A stretch of DNA of 64,000 nucleotides from Vicugna vicugna (lineage: Eukaryota): assembly GCA_013265495.1 (NCBI GenBank), contig MU057416.1, forward strand, positions 614,545 through 678,544, given 5' to 3'. The notes below the pieces were generated by a model. That model did no database searches. It saw only the letters and a list, made by a program, of their open reading frames with translations, and had not been told where the DNA came from. Below, piece after piece: positions 51,520 through 64,000 of the stretch. The position numbers and the translations under genes are program-made. Numbering within the stretch: the first letter of the stretch is position 1; every line of letters starts with the position of its first letter.

Positions 51520-52160
51520 TAAGTCTAGGTGTGCAGGTTTAGATAAGGTTTTGATAAGCATTCAGACGCTTTGCTGATTAACCACATCAAATCAAAGTTG
51601 TGGATTTTGCCAATCACCAGTGATTGCAAGGAACTTGGATGAGATCATTGTATGCAGATCTCCGGGGATTTAGGGCTTAACCTCGGACCCTTGAAAGGCA
51701 AAGCCCCTCTTGGCTGAGTCTGCCTGTTGGTTTTGTGTGATTATCAGGGCCTGGGGATGTGTCCAAAAGTTGTCCAAAAAGAAAAGACACGTGCGCACTT
51801 CCCTTACAGCCAGCGCCGCACCACCCGGGAAGGGGAGAAGTCAGTAGGTCTGTGGATGTAAAATGCTTTGAGACGTTCCCTCGGAGTCAGGCGAACGACC
51901 TTTGGCGCTGGGATCACCGCCACGTCCGAGAGCCCTCGGGCCCAAGCGCCGGGTCTGGGAGCGGCAGGGAACACTCTCAGAAGCCCGTCTCCGGGCCACG
52001 GCGTTGGTGAGAGTGGGCGCTCAGCACACCCGGGGCGGGAAGCGGAGCCCTGCGCGGCCTCCGGGCGCCCTTCGCGCTCGCTCGGCATCCCGCGGTCCAC
52101 GCAGCAGGGAGCCCGCGGGTGTGCGCGGACCCTGCGTGTCCCAAGCATCCGCGTTTGTCA
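51520..52160. promoter_or_regulatory. Candidate enhancer/promoter: GATA/RUNX motif cluster next to a CpG-rich patch
   Basis: AGATAA 51541-51546, TGATAA 51552-51557, TTATCA 51741-51746, AACCACA 51580-51586, ATCAAAG 51591-51597, GCCAATCA 51609-51616. CpG-dense at 51790-52160. Confidence 0.4.
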
Positions 52161-52262
52161 CCAAGTGGTTGGAAATCTTTGCAGGAAAAATAATGGATTG
52201 TCGGTGCCAAGTTCTGATTTCTACTGTAGATGGTGGTACAATAGAGAGGTGGAGCCTCTTGA

Positions 52263-52478
52263 TTTTTTTTTATTGAAGTTTAGTTGATTTACAAAGTTGT
52301 GTTAGTTTCTGGTGCACAGCAGAGTGATTCAGTTATTCATACATACATATTCTTTTTCATATTATTTTCCATTAAAGATTATTACGAGATACTGAGTGTA
52401 GTCCCCTGTGCTCTACAGTAGGACCTTGTTCTTTATCTATTATATATATAATATAGTTTGTAGTTTGTATCTGCTAAT
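52263..52478 (-). mobile_element. 5'-truncated L1 3' UTR
   Basis: 'tttttttttattgaagtttagttgatttacaaagttgtgttagtttctggtgcacagc...ccctgtgctctacagtaggaccttg'. Confidence 0.9.
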
Positions 52479-53325
52479 AAAAGCCTGTACAAACTGGATG
52501 ACAGCAAACGCTAAGGAACCTTGTCCCCTCGTGTGCAGTGATACCTGAGCACGGGAGAAAACTGGGCTCATGGTCATCGTCCTTGCTTTGTGTTTGAAGC
52601 CAATTATTAACAGTATTCCGATATAACTTCTTTAGATAAACCACAGAATTTGATCCGTTACTAAATTACTTTGTAAAATATATTTTAAAGCTTTTCTGTC
52701 ACAAACTAAGGAAGAAATGATATCTAAGAGCTAAAGGGATGTGATCTGTATCAATGAAGTGCTGTGTCAGCTTAAAAGTGTGTGAAGATTTAGTTCTCAG
52801 TGAATTAAGATCAAGACTATGAGAGAAGCCTATTCATAACTTTGTGACTTATTCTGAATCCCTCCCCCTCAAAAAATGCAAAGACCAGCAAAGGCTTTTG
52901 CATTATTAGGTTTTCATTAACTCAGCAATTTTCAAAAATCCTGGTTTGCTTTAAATAAAGCAGCACCCACTGAACACAGCTTTTGGTTTTCAATTTTTAA
53001 AAGAAATGCCCTGCTTTCCCACTAAACAATCCCCAGTCTTGAGTGTGCTAGGACATGAGACTTCTCCCCCCCAAATATCTGAAAGACATAAGTGTCTCGG
53101 AACTTTTGCAGCAGAAATAAATCACTGTCATAAGAACATTGTGAGCTCAGCCAAGCCAAGATCACTAGCAGCTTCTCAGGGGCAGGTGGATTAATCAGAA
53201 CCATGCACTCTTTCTCCCACACCTCCAGGAGTGAGTGTCTTCCATTTCTGTCCAGGGCAAACAATTTGCCTATAATACAAGGGCATCTGTATGGAAGAAT
53301 CTTAACATACAGAAAGTGTTCCCTT

Positions 53326-53879
53326 AGCAGTACTAATTACAACAGCCAAGACATGGAAGCAACCTAAATGTCCGTCAACAGGTGACTGGATAAAGAAGAT
53401 GTGGAATGTCTATAAAATGGAATACTATTCAGCCATAAAAAGAATGAAATAATGCTATTTGCAGCAACATGGACGGACCTAGAGATTATCACACTAAGTA
53501 TAGATAAACAAAGAAAAATAACATATGATATCACTTATATGTACAATCTAGAAAAAATGATACAAATTGTATTTACAAACCAAAAACAGACTCGCAGACA
53601 TAGAAAAGAAACTATAGATACCAAAGGGGAAAGGACAGGAGAGGATAAATTAGGAGTTTGGGATTAACAGGTACACACTACTACATATAAAATAGACTAA
53701 CAACAAGGACCTTCTGTCCAGCACAGGGAACTATATTCAGTTACTTTTAATAACATAATGGAAAAGAATTCGAAAAGAAAATATACATGTATGTATATGT
53801 GCAACTGAATCACTTTGCTGTGCACCTGAAACTAGCGTTGTAAATCAACTACACTTCAATAAAGCATAAAAATATTTTA
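53326..53879 (+). mobile_element. 5'-truncated L1 3' end with TSD
   Basis: ORF2 end (FAATWTDLEIITLS) plus 3' UTR. Perfect 13-bp TSD aaagtgttccctt at 53313-53325 and 53880-53892. Confidence 0.93.
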
Positions 53880-55821
53880 AAAGTGTTCCCTTTACAGAGG
53901 TAATCTTTTTTTTTTGTTTTTGCCTGTGTGCTTAAATATTCTTATTTTAATTCACCTGTTAAACTTTCTCTTCCCTTCTTCCACTAAATTATTTAGTAGG
54001 TCCATTAATCTGAGCCCTCGTTTGTGCTCCAGTGCTTTTCCGATGGGCTTTGCCTCTGCAGATGCCTTTTAGAAGCTGTGTGCTGTGCGCCTCTCCTAGG
54101 CATCTCCTGATATAACCAGATGCAGGTGCGGCTGGGATCAGCTGGAGATGTTCACCACATGAGTGGAAAAGAACGAGCTTCCACATTTACCCCATGCTTT
54201 TCCAGACACCAGCGTTAGTCCCTCAGTGACCTGTGATGATGATGGTGACATTAGGTGGCCTAGGTTCCTCATCCTTCCAAAAGGGGGTCAGTGACAGCTA
54301 ACACATCCTCTGCTGAGCTCACTTCTTCTTTTCTTGCTCCTTCCCCAGTACTGTTCTCAGGCTAGTGGTCTCACCACTGCTTCTTTTCTTTCTCAGTATC
54401 ATTTCCTTCTATCTGATGATCTTACCCAAAGAAGCTCAGGGTGAGACAAATCCTATGGGTGGCCAGAGATTATGGGGAGCAGCTTTGTATAGTTTTCCCA
54501 GCCCCCAGCGGGAAGGGCCATCCTCTACGTACACCAATTCTAGGGTTGTGGTTTGGACAACCGGGTTTAGAAAACTAACCAACAGTTGTCACACAAAACC
54601 GGCTGTCGGGGTGAAGTTCCCATTCCTGGGATTCAGGGAGATGGGGCCTCCTTGTCTGTATCCGCCCAGAAGGCCAAGCATGAACATGTTTTGACAACGG
54701 CGTTGACTGGATCCATTCTCAGGATATATTCATGATCCTCTCTAATCAGAGTTATGACTGGTTTATGTCACTAACTGAAACCCCCAATGGGGTATTCGCC
54801 CTGGGCCTCCCACCTGACCCCCTCCTACATCTGCACGAACTCAGATGCATGTTTTCTTTTCATCTCAACCTTCTCTTGCCCATCTTTCAAGTTATTCACT
54901 TTATTTTTTCTCCCAAGGTCAAGTATAAAGTCCATCTCTAATTCCTTGGTTACTGCATGCTCTGCTGCCTCAATATCCCAAAGCTGTCTTCTTCATTCTC
55001 CTTGCCTACGCCTGGAGTCTCCCTTCCCAGGTTCACCACCACGTGGAGTGCTGCCCTGTTAGTCTTTCTGGTCACTTCAGTGCGCTGCTTGTTTGCTCAC
55101 ATGCCCACTGCCTGTGTCATCTGGAGACTCATAAGTCTCTGGTGACCTAGATTCTATACCTCAGGGGACATGGATTTTTTTGTAGATGCATAGTCATGAC
55201 ATCACGTTGGAGCTTTCTCTCTAGGAAATCCAGGAAACCACTTTTGCTGGACATCTTGGGACAGGTGCACTATGGTCACTAAAATCATCCAAGCTCAACA
55301 TGCACAGCACATAAATCCTCCGTGTGCACCCATTTTACAGGTAGAGTTGACACCCAGAGTTATTAACTGCATAAGAGTCGTTCTTCCTCTATGAAAACGA
55401 TGGCATTTTTCCTTCTGGGGAAGCGTTATAACTCCTGGTTTTTCCCTTGTGCTTCCAGGTGGTTTTGATTCCCATACCCCCCAAAAATCCCCCATATCTT
55501 TGATTTACAAATAAATGTTTCTTTGCTTAAACAGTGATTCCTGCTTACTAATTACTTAGAGCAGTGCTACTCCGAAGTCTCTGGTGTGCCTTCGTAGCCT
55601 CGATTGAGTCTTTGTTCTCCCCCGGTTTGAGGCACACCTGTTTGCCAGTTAGGCCGTATTTACACGTGTGTTCCAGCAGCGTTAACTTGTTGACAGTGTT
55701 ACAGCAAGGCTGGTGGGCTGGCTGCTTTCCAGAGCTTTGTTGTGGGTGATTCTGTCTTGTCATTGGCTGTTGAACATGATGTTAAGATTATATTCAGAAA
55801 ACTACTCAAGAAGCAGTGAAA

Positions 55822-55934
55822 GGGGAGGGTCTAGCTCAGTGGCAGAGCACGTGCTTAACACGCAGGAGGTCCTGGGTTCAATTCCCGGTACCTCCATCAA
55901 TAGATAACTGAATAAATAAAGATAAAGAATGGAT
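55822..55934 (+). mobile_element. tRNA-derived SINE (Vic-1-like)
   Basis: 'ggggagggtctagctcagtggcagagcacgtgcttaacacgcaggaggtcctgggttcaattcccggtacctcc'. 13-bp TSD aagaagcagtgaa at 55808-55820 and 55935-55947. Confidence 0.92.
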
Positions 55935-57299
55935 AAGAAGCAGTGAAGGTTTTCTATGACAGGTCCAGGTCTCAAGCACTATTTTGAAGGATGAGTTTGA
56001 TGGCCATTTAACACTGTTATCTAGTGCCCTGAACGCTAGCTCTTATGATATGGTTTCCAAATTCTTTATTCCTACCTACTTGCTAGTATTCTTTTAAAAC
56101 TGTGGAATCAATTACTTTTAGATTCTTCTGTTTAATTGAAGTTATGAATGTAAGGCGACTGTTACAGACTCTGCTGCCTTTAAAGTGACACCAAGCACAG
56201 CGTTTGAGCCCTGGGGGAGCGAGGGCAGGCAGGTGGTGTTTAGTGGTTCTTCCAGTCTTCAGACCGCTGTGCAGCTTCCCTCGTGCATGCCGACAGAGAC
56301 GAGAGGGCGAAGGAAAGCCTGGAGAGGGCGGTAGACACGTTCTTCTGGGAGTCTGGCTTTCGCTTAATCGTGATTCTGTAATACAATTGAGTAAGTAGGT
56401 AATTGTATGATTTTTTAGACTCCGTTATTCACATGACGTAATGATTGATATTCATCTTTAAGCCAAGTATGTGCCAGGAGTTTGGGCTGCAGTGAGGTAG
56501 ACTCACCTTGGTGGGTCCAGGACGCTTTCATGGAGAAGACAGCTCAGCTGAGCCTTGAAAAGTGGGAGGTTGGAGAGAGATGGAGGCGGCAAAGTGGAGG
56601 CAGATCCTGTCACGGGAGCAAGGGTGAGGATCTGACTCAGCATAAAATGCTTGCGGAAATACAAGCAACAGTGATTCTGTTTATCGATTGCTTACTGTGT
56701 GCTGGGGTGTGTTACAACTCCAGCGTCAGTGTTGTGCAGTCACCTAAGATCCTGTGCGGGAGGCGTCAGCATACTGATCAATAGAGAGATGACAGAGAGT
56801 TAAAGTGGGTGTTCGTGGACAGTCATGTGCGTTTACCTCTTACAATATTCTTACAATCTGGATAAAACTGTCTTCATTTTATAAGTAAAAAACTAAGCAT
56901 CAGAGATACTGAGACACACACATTCAGTGCATGTTAACATTGTCTCCGAAGTCCGCGTTCTTATCCCTGCCTGGTGCTTCTGCCCAGTTATATCCATGGG
57001 TCAGATCACCCTCACAACTCACAGAAAGATACAGCCATGTTGTAGCTTTTTCAAGGCCGTCACGGTCACCGCATCTTGTAAGCCCTTTCCGTTCTCATAG
57101 TGACTAAAACAGGACACATTTAATAATAATTACTTTTTAAAAACTACCTTTCAGCTCTGGGGAAGTCTTTCAATTAGAAGCAGTTTTGGTAATCCAGTGA
57201 CCTCCCACCCCGGCCACACACACACACACACACACCCCCCAGCCCCCAAGATCAACAGCTTTTATAGACAGGTGAATTCTGGAAAACAAGATAATAAGG

Positions 57300-59075
57300 T
57301 AAGAAAATGATAATACTCCTACCAAATGTAACATGGACGTGTAATGGGTGAATTCCCCAGGCTAGGTAGAAAAAAACACAAAAACTAACTGGAATAGTAC
57401 ATTGGTAGTAAAACAAATAATTTTCTATATCAAATATCAAAATTATATAGGGACCAATTACTTCCTTTATTGGGAATTCATTTTAAGGGCATGCCCCCAA
57501 CAAAAAAGACAATAACACCCTATTATTTATAGTATTAAAATATTACACGTAAATGAAATGTTTAGCAGTGGGTGAACAATTAAGTGACTGATCCTTCTTC
57601 ACAGTCGCCCCTCTTCTAGAGTTTGCTCTCTCAGTTTTTACAGAAATAAAATACCTGAAACTCGCAGTAAGGCAGAGCAAGACCGCCCTGTCCTTTCGGG
57701 GTAGGCTTGGAATCTCGCTGGACACACTCACTCGGAGAGGCGCCTTTGTGTGAGTCACGTGTGTCATTAAAGGCTCACGTTCTGTTAAAGCACAGGTTAA
57801 CGTGAAGAGTTTTGTTTTATCAAGATGCACATACAGATGGCTGTGCCTTTATTGAGCTGTGGGTCACTGGGGAGTTTGGTGTCTAACCCAGTGAGCCTGT
57901 CCCGGTATTCCTTCTGCCGTCCCACACAGCTCCTGTCCCTTTCAGCCTCCCTCACACCAGCCTCTGAGTTTCTCTTCCGTGGTATTTGTGAAACAGTCCC
58001 ATTTTCAACTTTTTGAAAAATGTATTTTGACATAATACATGGCATGGCTTGCTTAGGTTCAAAATCTCGAAGTCGTCTTTAATCTCTCTGTCTCTTACAC
58101 CTTATAATTAACCCACTAACAAATCCTGTTGCCTCTGTCATAACCTCACCATTTTTCTCTGCTCAGGGGATTGTTACGATAGCTGCCGAACGGCTTTCCC
58201 AAATCCCCTCTGGTCTCAGTCTCTGTGGCCACCCTTCCAAAAGTCACTCCACGTGCAGGTCAGGGGGTGATGCTCTCAAAAGACTTCAGCGCACTGAGAA
58301 ACACACAGCCCCCGGCCTGCGTCCTCGGCCCAGCCCGGGGCGACGTGGCCTCTCCTGGACTCCTTCACGCCTGTCTGTCATCGCATCAGAACGCTCCGTT
58401 TGGACGGGCTTTCTTGAAGCTTCTCGAAACCTGAAGCCTGATTACACCTCCAGGCTGCTGTGCTTTCTCTTCCCTCTCTGCCTAATGCTTTTCCCCAAGA
58501 GATTTTCACGGCTCGTCTTAGCCTCGTTCATGACTCTTTAAATGTCTGCACCTCAGGGGGATCTATCTTCCTGGCTCTCTTACCCTCACACCAGGTTTCC
58601 AAACCCCTCTTCCTGACACACTTTTCTCTTTCTTTGAAACCCTCATCACCACCCACCATCTTATTTATTTACCTGTTGTCTGTGTCCACCACTGAAAGTC
58701 CAGCTCTGTGAGAAGAGAATTTGGGACCTTGGGTTCTCTGCTGTGTGCTCGGTTCCTGAGCCAGTGCCTGAAGTGTGCCAACTAGTAAACAAACACTTGG
58801 TGAATACGTGAATGATTGGCTCAACCAGATGACAGAATACTTTGCAGCCACTTAAAAGCTTGAAGATAGAGTGAAGACATGTGTAATGCTTATTTCACAT
58901 GAAACACTATTGAAAATGCATAAAAACCACATTGCAGGTGATTTGAGCATCCTATGCTTGCAAAAATAACTACAGAGAAAAATGCAAAGATGAAAATTGC
59001 TTTGTAGGATTAGTAATGGAGGCATAGGTGATTCCCACTCTCTGTTTCCGGAACATTCTGCAGCTGTTATAAGTG
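57300..59075 (+). mobile_element. Old L1ME-like 3' end split around an L2 fragment (L2 ~57990-58815)
   Basis: L1-like 'aattacttcctttattgggaattcattttaagg...aaatgtttagcagtgggtgaacaattaag' (to 57590) resumes at 'gatgacagaatactttgcagccacttaaaag' (58830). L2 3' end 'gaaagtccagctctgtgagaagag...cagtgcctgaagtg...aacacttggtgaatacgtgaatga'. Confidence 0.55.
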
Positions 59076-62000
59076 ATTTTATTTTGTTTCAGTACCCCCA
59101 GAAAACCGTCCTGTAATGCCTTGGAGAGAAGAAGAGAACCCCTGCTTTATGGCTTCACACTTTCTTTCCTTGGATTCCTTTGGTTTGGGGCGCCTTGGGC
59201 TATGTTTGCGAACACTGCCTTTGGCAAAGCTGTAAACCAGGGCAAGTTTCTTAACCCTCTTTCTGTCTTTTTCCCGTCCTTAAGCCCCCTTTCCTTGATC
59301 CTACCCAGAAGGTCTTCATCCTTGCTTTTGCTAAGGACTGCATCTTGATAATAACTTAAAACTTAATTTATCGTGTTTCCTAGTGGAAAATTTACTTAAA
59401 GGGAAAATCCAAACCTTAAAACAAAGGTGGAATTTGAGAATTTTGGCTTATTAATTAAAGAGGGAGCTTGACCTTCGAGGTATCCTTCAAGGACACTATC
59501 CCGCTACCTGTGCCAAGGTCAGAGCTGTCTTTTTCCCCGCGAGGCAGTCACACTGGCTTTGTCGGGAACACAAGCCCGTGACCTGAATTGCCACTTCAGC
59601 CTCAGAGTCCCTGGAGGAGGGAGGGCGCTGAGCGTGGTCAGTAGCTGCGGCTCGTCTCCCAATTTGTGGTCCGCGTGGAACGTCCACGTCGGGCACGCAA
59701 GCCTGTCACAGCACTTTATCTTCGACAAGCTGTGCTTTCCAGCGTGAGGCCTCGTTCTAGCCAGTCAGCGTGCTCTTGACATGTGGCGTCATTTCTGGCC
59801 AGACCTTTCCAGCCTGCTTAACGTTAACGTCAGTCGCCGTGATGCACTTTGACACTGTCTGGGATTTTCCGCTAGGTAATCTGACCTCTCTCGAGTCCAA
59901 GTTGAAGCATCCAAGACACCTTAGAAACAGAAAGTTTCCAGCATAATCCTGACTCTGCTTGACCAGTGTTTCGGTCCTGTGCACGCTACAGTCAGTATTA
60001 TGAAAAAAATCTGTGACGCCAATATTTCCAGACTCCCAGTTTATTTGCGGCGGGGTGGGGGCTGATTTTGTGAAAGGTTTTGGGTTCTTTTATCCCATTA
60101 CATCACACTTTATAAATTCTGCTGCCTTCTTTTCTGGAGTCAAGTGGGGTATGGATACATGAACACACATTCCCCTTTCTATTTCTTTTGCATATGTTTC
60201 CCTTAAATTATTTTACCTCATATTTTTGTTTTGGTTTTTTTTTTCCCAGTTCAAGGGTGAAGAGACTGAGGGAACCCTGACTCTGATATGTCCTTATTTG
60301 AAAGTTAAGGGCTAACAGTCTCTGATTAGTGTGTTTTCTCAGTGAAACAGTCTCTGGGTCTGCGTTCATCTCTGACACAGTATATAGGTTGGTGAGATAC
60401 TTGAGAAGTCGAGTTTCTCCTCCCACCGGACAGTTCTGGGGGACAATACGGTACAAGTCAGAGTGGGAAGACCTATTATTTGACTGATCTATCCACCCTC
60501 TTTTTATAAAGAAGGAAAAAAAAGAATCCACTTGACTCACACGCCTGCAAGCAGTCTGAGTAAGCCCCCTGCTGCTTTGCTGAAGTCCAGGTCCGCCCAC
60601 GTGCAAGGAGGTAAGTCTTATGGCCTCAAATCCTTTCCATCTCGATGAATAAGTAACTAATTCTAAGACATGACCAATATTTCTTGCATTCAGCAAGATG
60701 GAGTCGGGCTCTGCTTGGAGGAACCCCTTCTAACCTCCACAGTGAGCATCTGAGCAAACACGGCCTCTGCACAGTGTCCCTGTCACTCTTCTCCCTCTGC
60801 TGCATCAACTCACATTCGCTTTCCTGTCCCTCTCGGCAGCCTAGGATGGCCGGTTTCTAGGCACGTGCGGGTGGTTGACAGGATGGTGAGAAATCGTGGA
60901 GCGATTCCAGTGCCTAACTACTTCCTTCTTCCTGGCTGGTGTTCCGTCTGATTCCGCAGAAACACACAGAATTATAGGTCGAGACTCAGGGGCTAGTTTT
61001 ATAGCCCCGTCTGGCCTTAATTCTGCATGTACACTTGTTCGTCGTGAACTGGTCTACCATTCTGGTTCATGTCCCTCTGTTTCTGTTTAATCTGAAAATG
61101 AAATTTTACTCCGCACTAACTGAAGGAGTTGGCTACGAGTAACCTTTGTATTATTTTTAAGTGAAGCAGATAAAATTTTACACCTGTAAGATTATGCCTG
61201 AAATAAAAGAATATTGTCCTTGAAAACGGAATCGCATCTTCCGGCACGTCTCCACCCCAGGATTTTCTCGAGATCAGTTTTTCCTTTTTCATTTATTATT
61301 AAACTTAGCAGTATTAATATTTATTAAACACCTATGGGGTGCCAGTAACAATTCAGAGCACATAAAAGAGGTGGACCCTGGTGTCAGAAATCTTAGAAAG
61401 CTGTTATGTGCTGTTGTGCTTAATCACATGCCGGCCGCAGAGGAGACGCTTCTATCATCACCCGTCAGAGCTCTTGCTTTTGTTGTCCTTTGTCAAGACG
61501 TATTCGTCCTACAAGTGCAGTTCTAGTTAAACGCTGCGATCGGTAGTAAAGGATTTTGAGGGTGCGTATCTACATCTCAACTTTTTTTTTTCAAAATGAA
61601 ATTAAATTAAGAAAAAGAAGAGAGAGAAAGAGAAAGAGAAAAGCTGAAAGCCAGATGACAATAGCTGGGAAGGAAGGAATCACAAGGCCTGGTAGAGCAG
61701 ACCTTTCCTGCTACGGAAGTAACACGGAGGGTCTAAGTAAAGTGCACGGAATCACACGTGCAGATGATGCAGGTCACTTTTCCCTTTCAGCGTATGTAGC
61801 ACCAGGGGGCTTCAACGGAAGTTAAAGGGAAACACAGTTAGCACAGACATAAGGAGGCACCTTTTCGTTCTGCAAGTCGTAAACGTTCCGGCTGGCCTTC
61901 TGGGCAGGGTGTTTGAGGTGAAGGACCCCGGGGTTATTCGACCATTGGATTTCTTGCTGTTGTAACTTCTAATCTGCTAGTCTTTTTCCCCTTATTTTTT

Positions 62001-62709
62001 ATGTTGTTATGAGTGTACAATCAAGCCACAACGTTCAGGCCCTAATTAGAACCAAACCTGTACACAGGATGTCCCTGAGCAAGCACAGGGGGAAGATAGC
62101 AGGACGTAGAGGGAACTGTACATGCCTGAAAGACATCTGTGCTCGTCACACCACAGGTGTCTGGAAGAAAATGTACCAGTTCCTTAATGTTAAGGACCAT
62201 TAGAGGGATTTCAAATGTATTGACTTTTCATCACTCACTTTATGGCTTTAGCACACTTTTTAGGTCGTGGCAATTTGGTGATTGTATCAGTGCTATGCAG
62301 GTCTGTCTTATTTATCCAGCTCCTTATTTACTGAATTATGCACATACTGGAGACATAGGTAGATTTATCATCTTTGCCAACAACAACAATAGTCCGAATG
62401 CTTGTGGAAGAGGAATTAATGAGACGAGTTGAATCAAGTCCCCGGAGGTCATATTGCTCTGCAAACTACCCCTCCTCTCGCTCAACACACACACGCACAT
62501 GCACACGCACACCGGGACTGCATTAGACAATTAAATAATGCTTACTGTTTGGTGGAAAACCAAAATAGAAAAGTTGCTATCCTCAGTTCTGCACACGCAA
62601 GCCCACACTCTGTACCCACACGTAATGTTCGCCCACGGGGCCCTGATGACGCAGCATAAAGTTATTTTGGTTCTGGAAATTTCTTCCAGGTCTGAGTAGT
62701 AAAGCTTTC

Positions 62710-63700
62710 CTTCATTTGTTCTTCCTTCTTTGCTTGGATGCTTAATGAGCATTACCAGGCTAGCCAGTAGGGATGTAGAAATGATCAGCTACCACCACTG
62801 ACCTTTAGGAACTTAATTGGCAACATACACAAATAAGAGAGTAGAGAGAGAGGAATAATTATGACAGCACAGCGAGGATGGCATCACAAGTCTATGAAAC
62901 AGCTACACACACATTGTCCTGGGAGCACCAAGGAGGGCCGTACTGATCACATTGGGAACTCAGAAGAGGATTTCTAGCAGAGGCAGTGCTTACGCTGGTC
63001 TTCAAGGACAGGTAGAAATTAACTCAACAGAGACTGCAGCCAAGGACACTTGAAGTGAAGGGAACAACATGGGAAGGAAACACTGTGGTGCATTTGGCAA
63101 ACCGTTAGCATTCGGAACAGCAGGTGCAAAGAATCTGCACAGGACAGAGGCAGGAGCCTGGGCTAGAGAGACACACAGTCCAGCAGCGAAGGGCATCGCG
63201 TGACTCTTTAATCGACCTTTATCCTGGACACTCCGGGAGTCACTGAAGGACATGGAGCACGTGCAGACATGAACCTGCCTGAGGTAAAAGGGACAGCTGG
63301 GGAGAGCGTTAGCCTGAGTCAGAGAGGCTGGATCTGTGAGTAGTAGGGTAGGAAAGAGAATGCTGAAGGTCAGAGGTCTCACTGCACTCAGAGAGGAGCA
63401 GACAGGTCTCTTAAGCAATAATCTACACAATGTGGTGACTTACTGCTTACGTAGGCTATATGAGAAAAGGAGATCTGGTGTGACTGTCAGTCTTCTTAAG
63501 TGAGAAATACAGAAACAAGAACAGGTTTAGGGAAAATAATTACACATTTTCTCTCCCATTTAACCTTCTATGGCATCTCCAGACAGACAATCAGTGAGCT
63601 AGGTACTGGGGAAACATCCTAACAATTTAGGAGTCAGTGATAGTTAATGCCATGGCTTTGGACAGGAGACTGTGCGAGCGAGATGAACCAGGGGCTGAGG
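62710..63700 (-). mobile_element. L2 LINE fragment
   Basis: Starts 'ttcatttgttcttccttc...cttaatgagcattaccaggctagcc', followed by the purine-rich L2 body. Confidence 0.65.
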
Positions 63701-64000
63701 ATGCGTGTCTGTGGGTGAGTATATAGTGCTTCAACATGAACTACTTTGCAACAGGAAAACAAATATTTCTACACAGTGCGTTTCACGACTGAAGAGCCCA
63801 GTCAAAGGAGAGTCCACAAATGGCTCTCAGGAAGGTCGTACTGGAAAGGCTTCTGAAATCTCTGAAATGAAAAACAAACTTTCCTGCTTGAAATAAGGCT
63901 CACCGAGCCTGACTGCATTTCTAACCAGATGAAAACTCCTCCTGATCTTTCGGAAGGGGCAGACTGTAAGAGGCTTCTGACTCTCAGGGATTGAGGATGC

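Noticed and set aside
59861..59870. NF-kB motif GGGATTTTCC (also GGGATTTCCC at 46578-46587)
   Set aside because: Isolated 10-mers from a degenerate consensus are expected by chance in 64 kb.
1..64000. CRISPR arrays, operons or other prokaryotic systems
   Set aside because: The sequence is mammalian, with no regularly spaced repeat-spacer array and no gene-dense region.

Overview
Mammalian, repeat-rich, apparently non-coding DNA with two N-gaps (11003-11100, 28747-28929). The tRNA-derived SINEs (Vic-1-like) and the L1 3' ends point to a camelid genome. I cannot support any protein-coding gene. The ORF-track entries are L1 ORF2 remnants, GC-rich chance ORFs or microsatellite read-through. The window holds a CpG island (~10.6-11.6 kb) and several smaller CpG-rich patches, one next to a GATA/RUNX motif cluster. 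It also contains many L1, L2, MIR and MaLR/ERVL LTR fragments, several with clear target-site duplications (TSDs), and a twin-primed (5'-inverted) L1. The most unusual signal lies at 11.7-16.5 kb. There, degenerate peptide motifs spanning nearly a whole ancient CR1/L3 LINE (ORF1 Cys-rich region and esterase, APE endonuclease, RT, 3' end) occur in four same-strand blocks in reverse order. All repeat family calls are by-eye comparisons to remembered consensus motifs and need confirming with RepeatMasker/Dfam.
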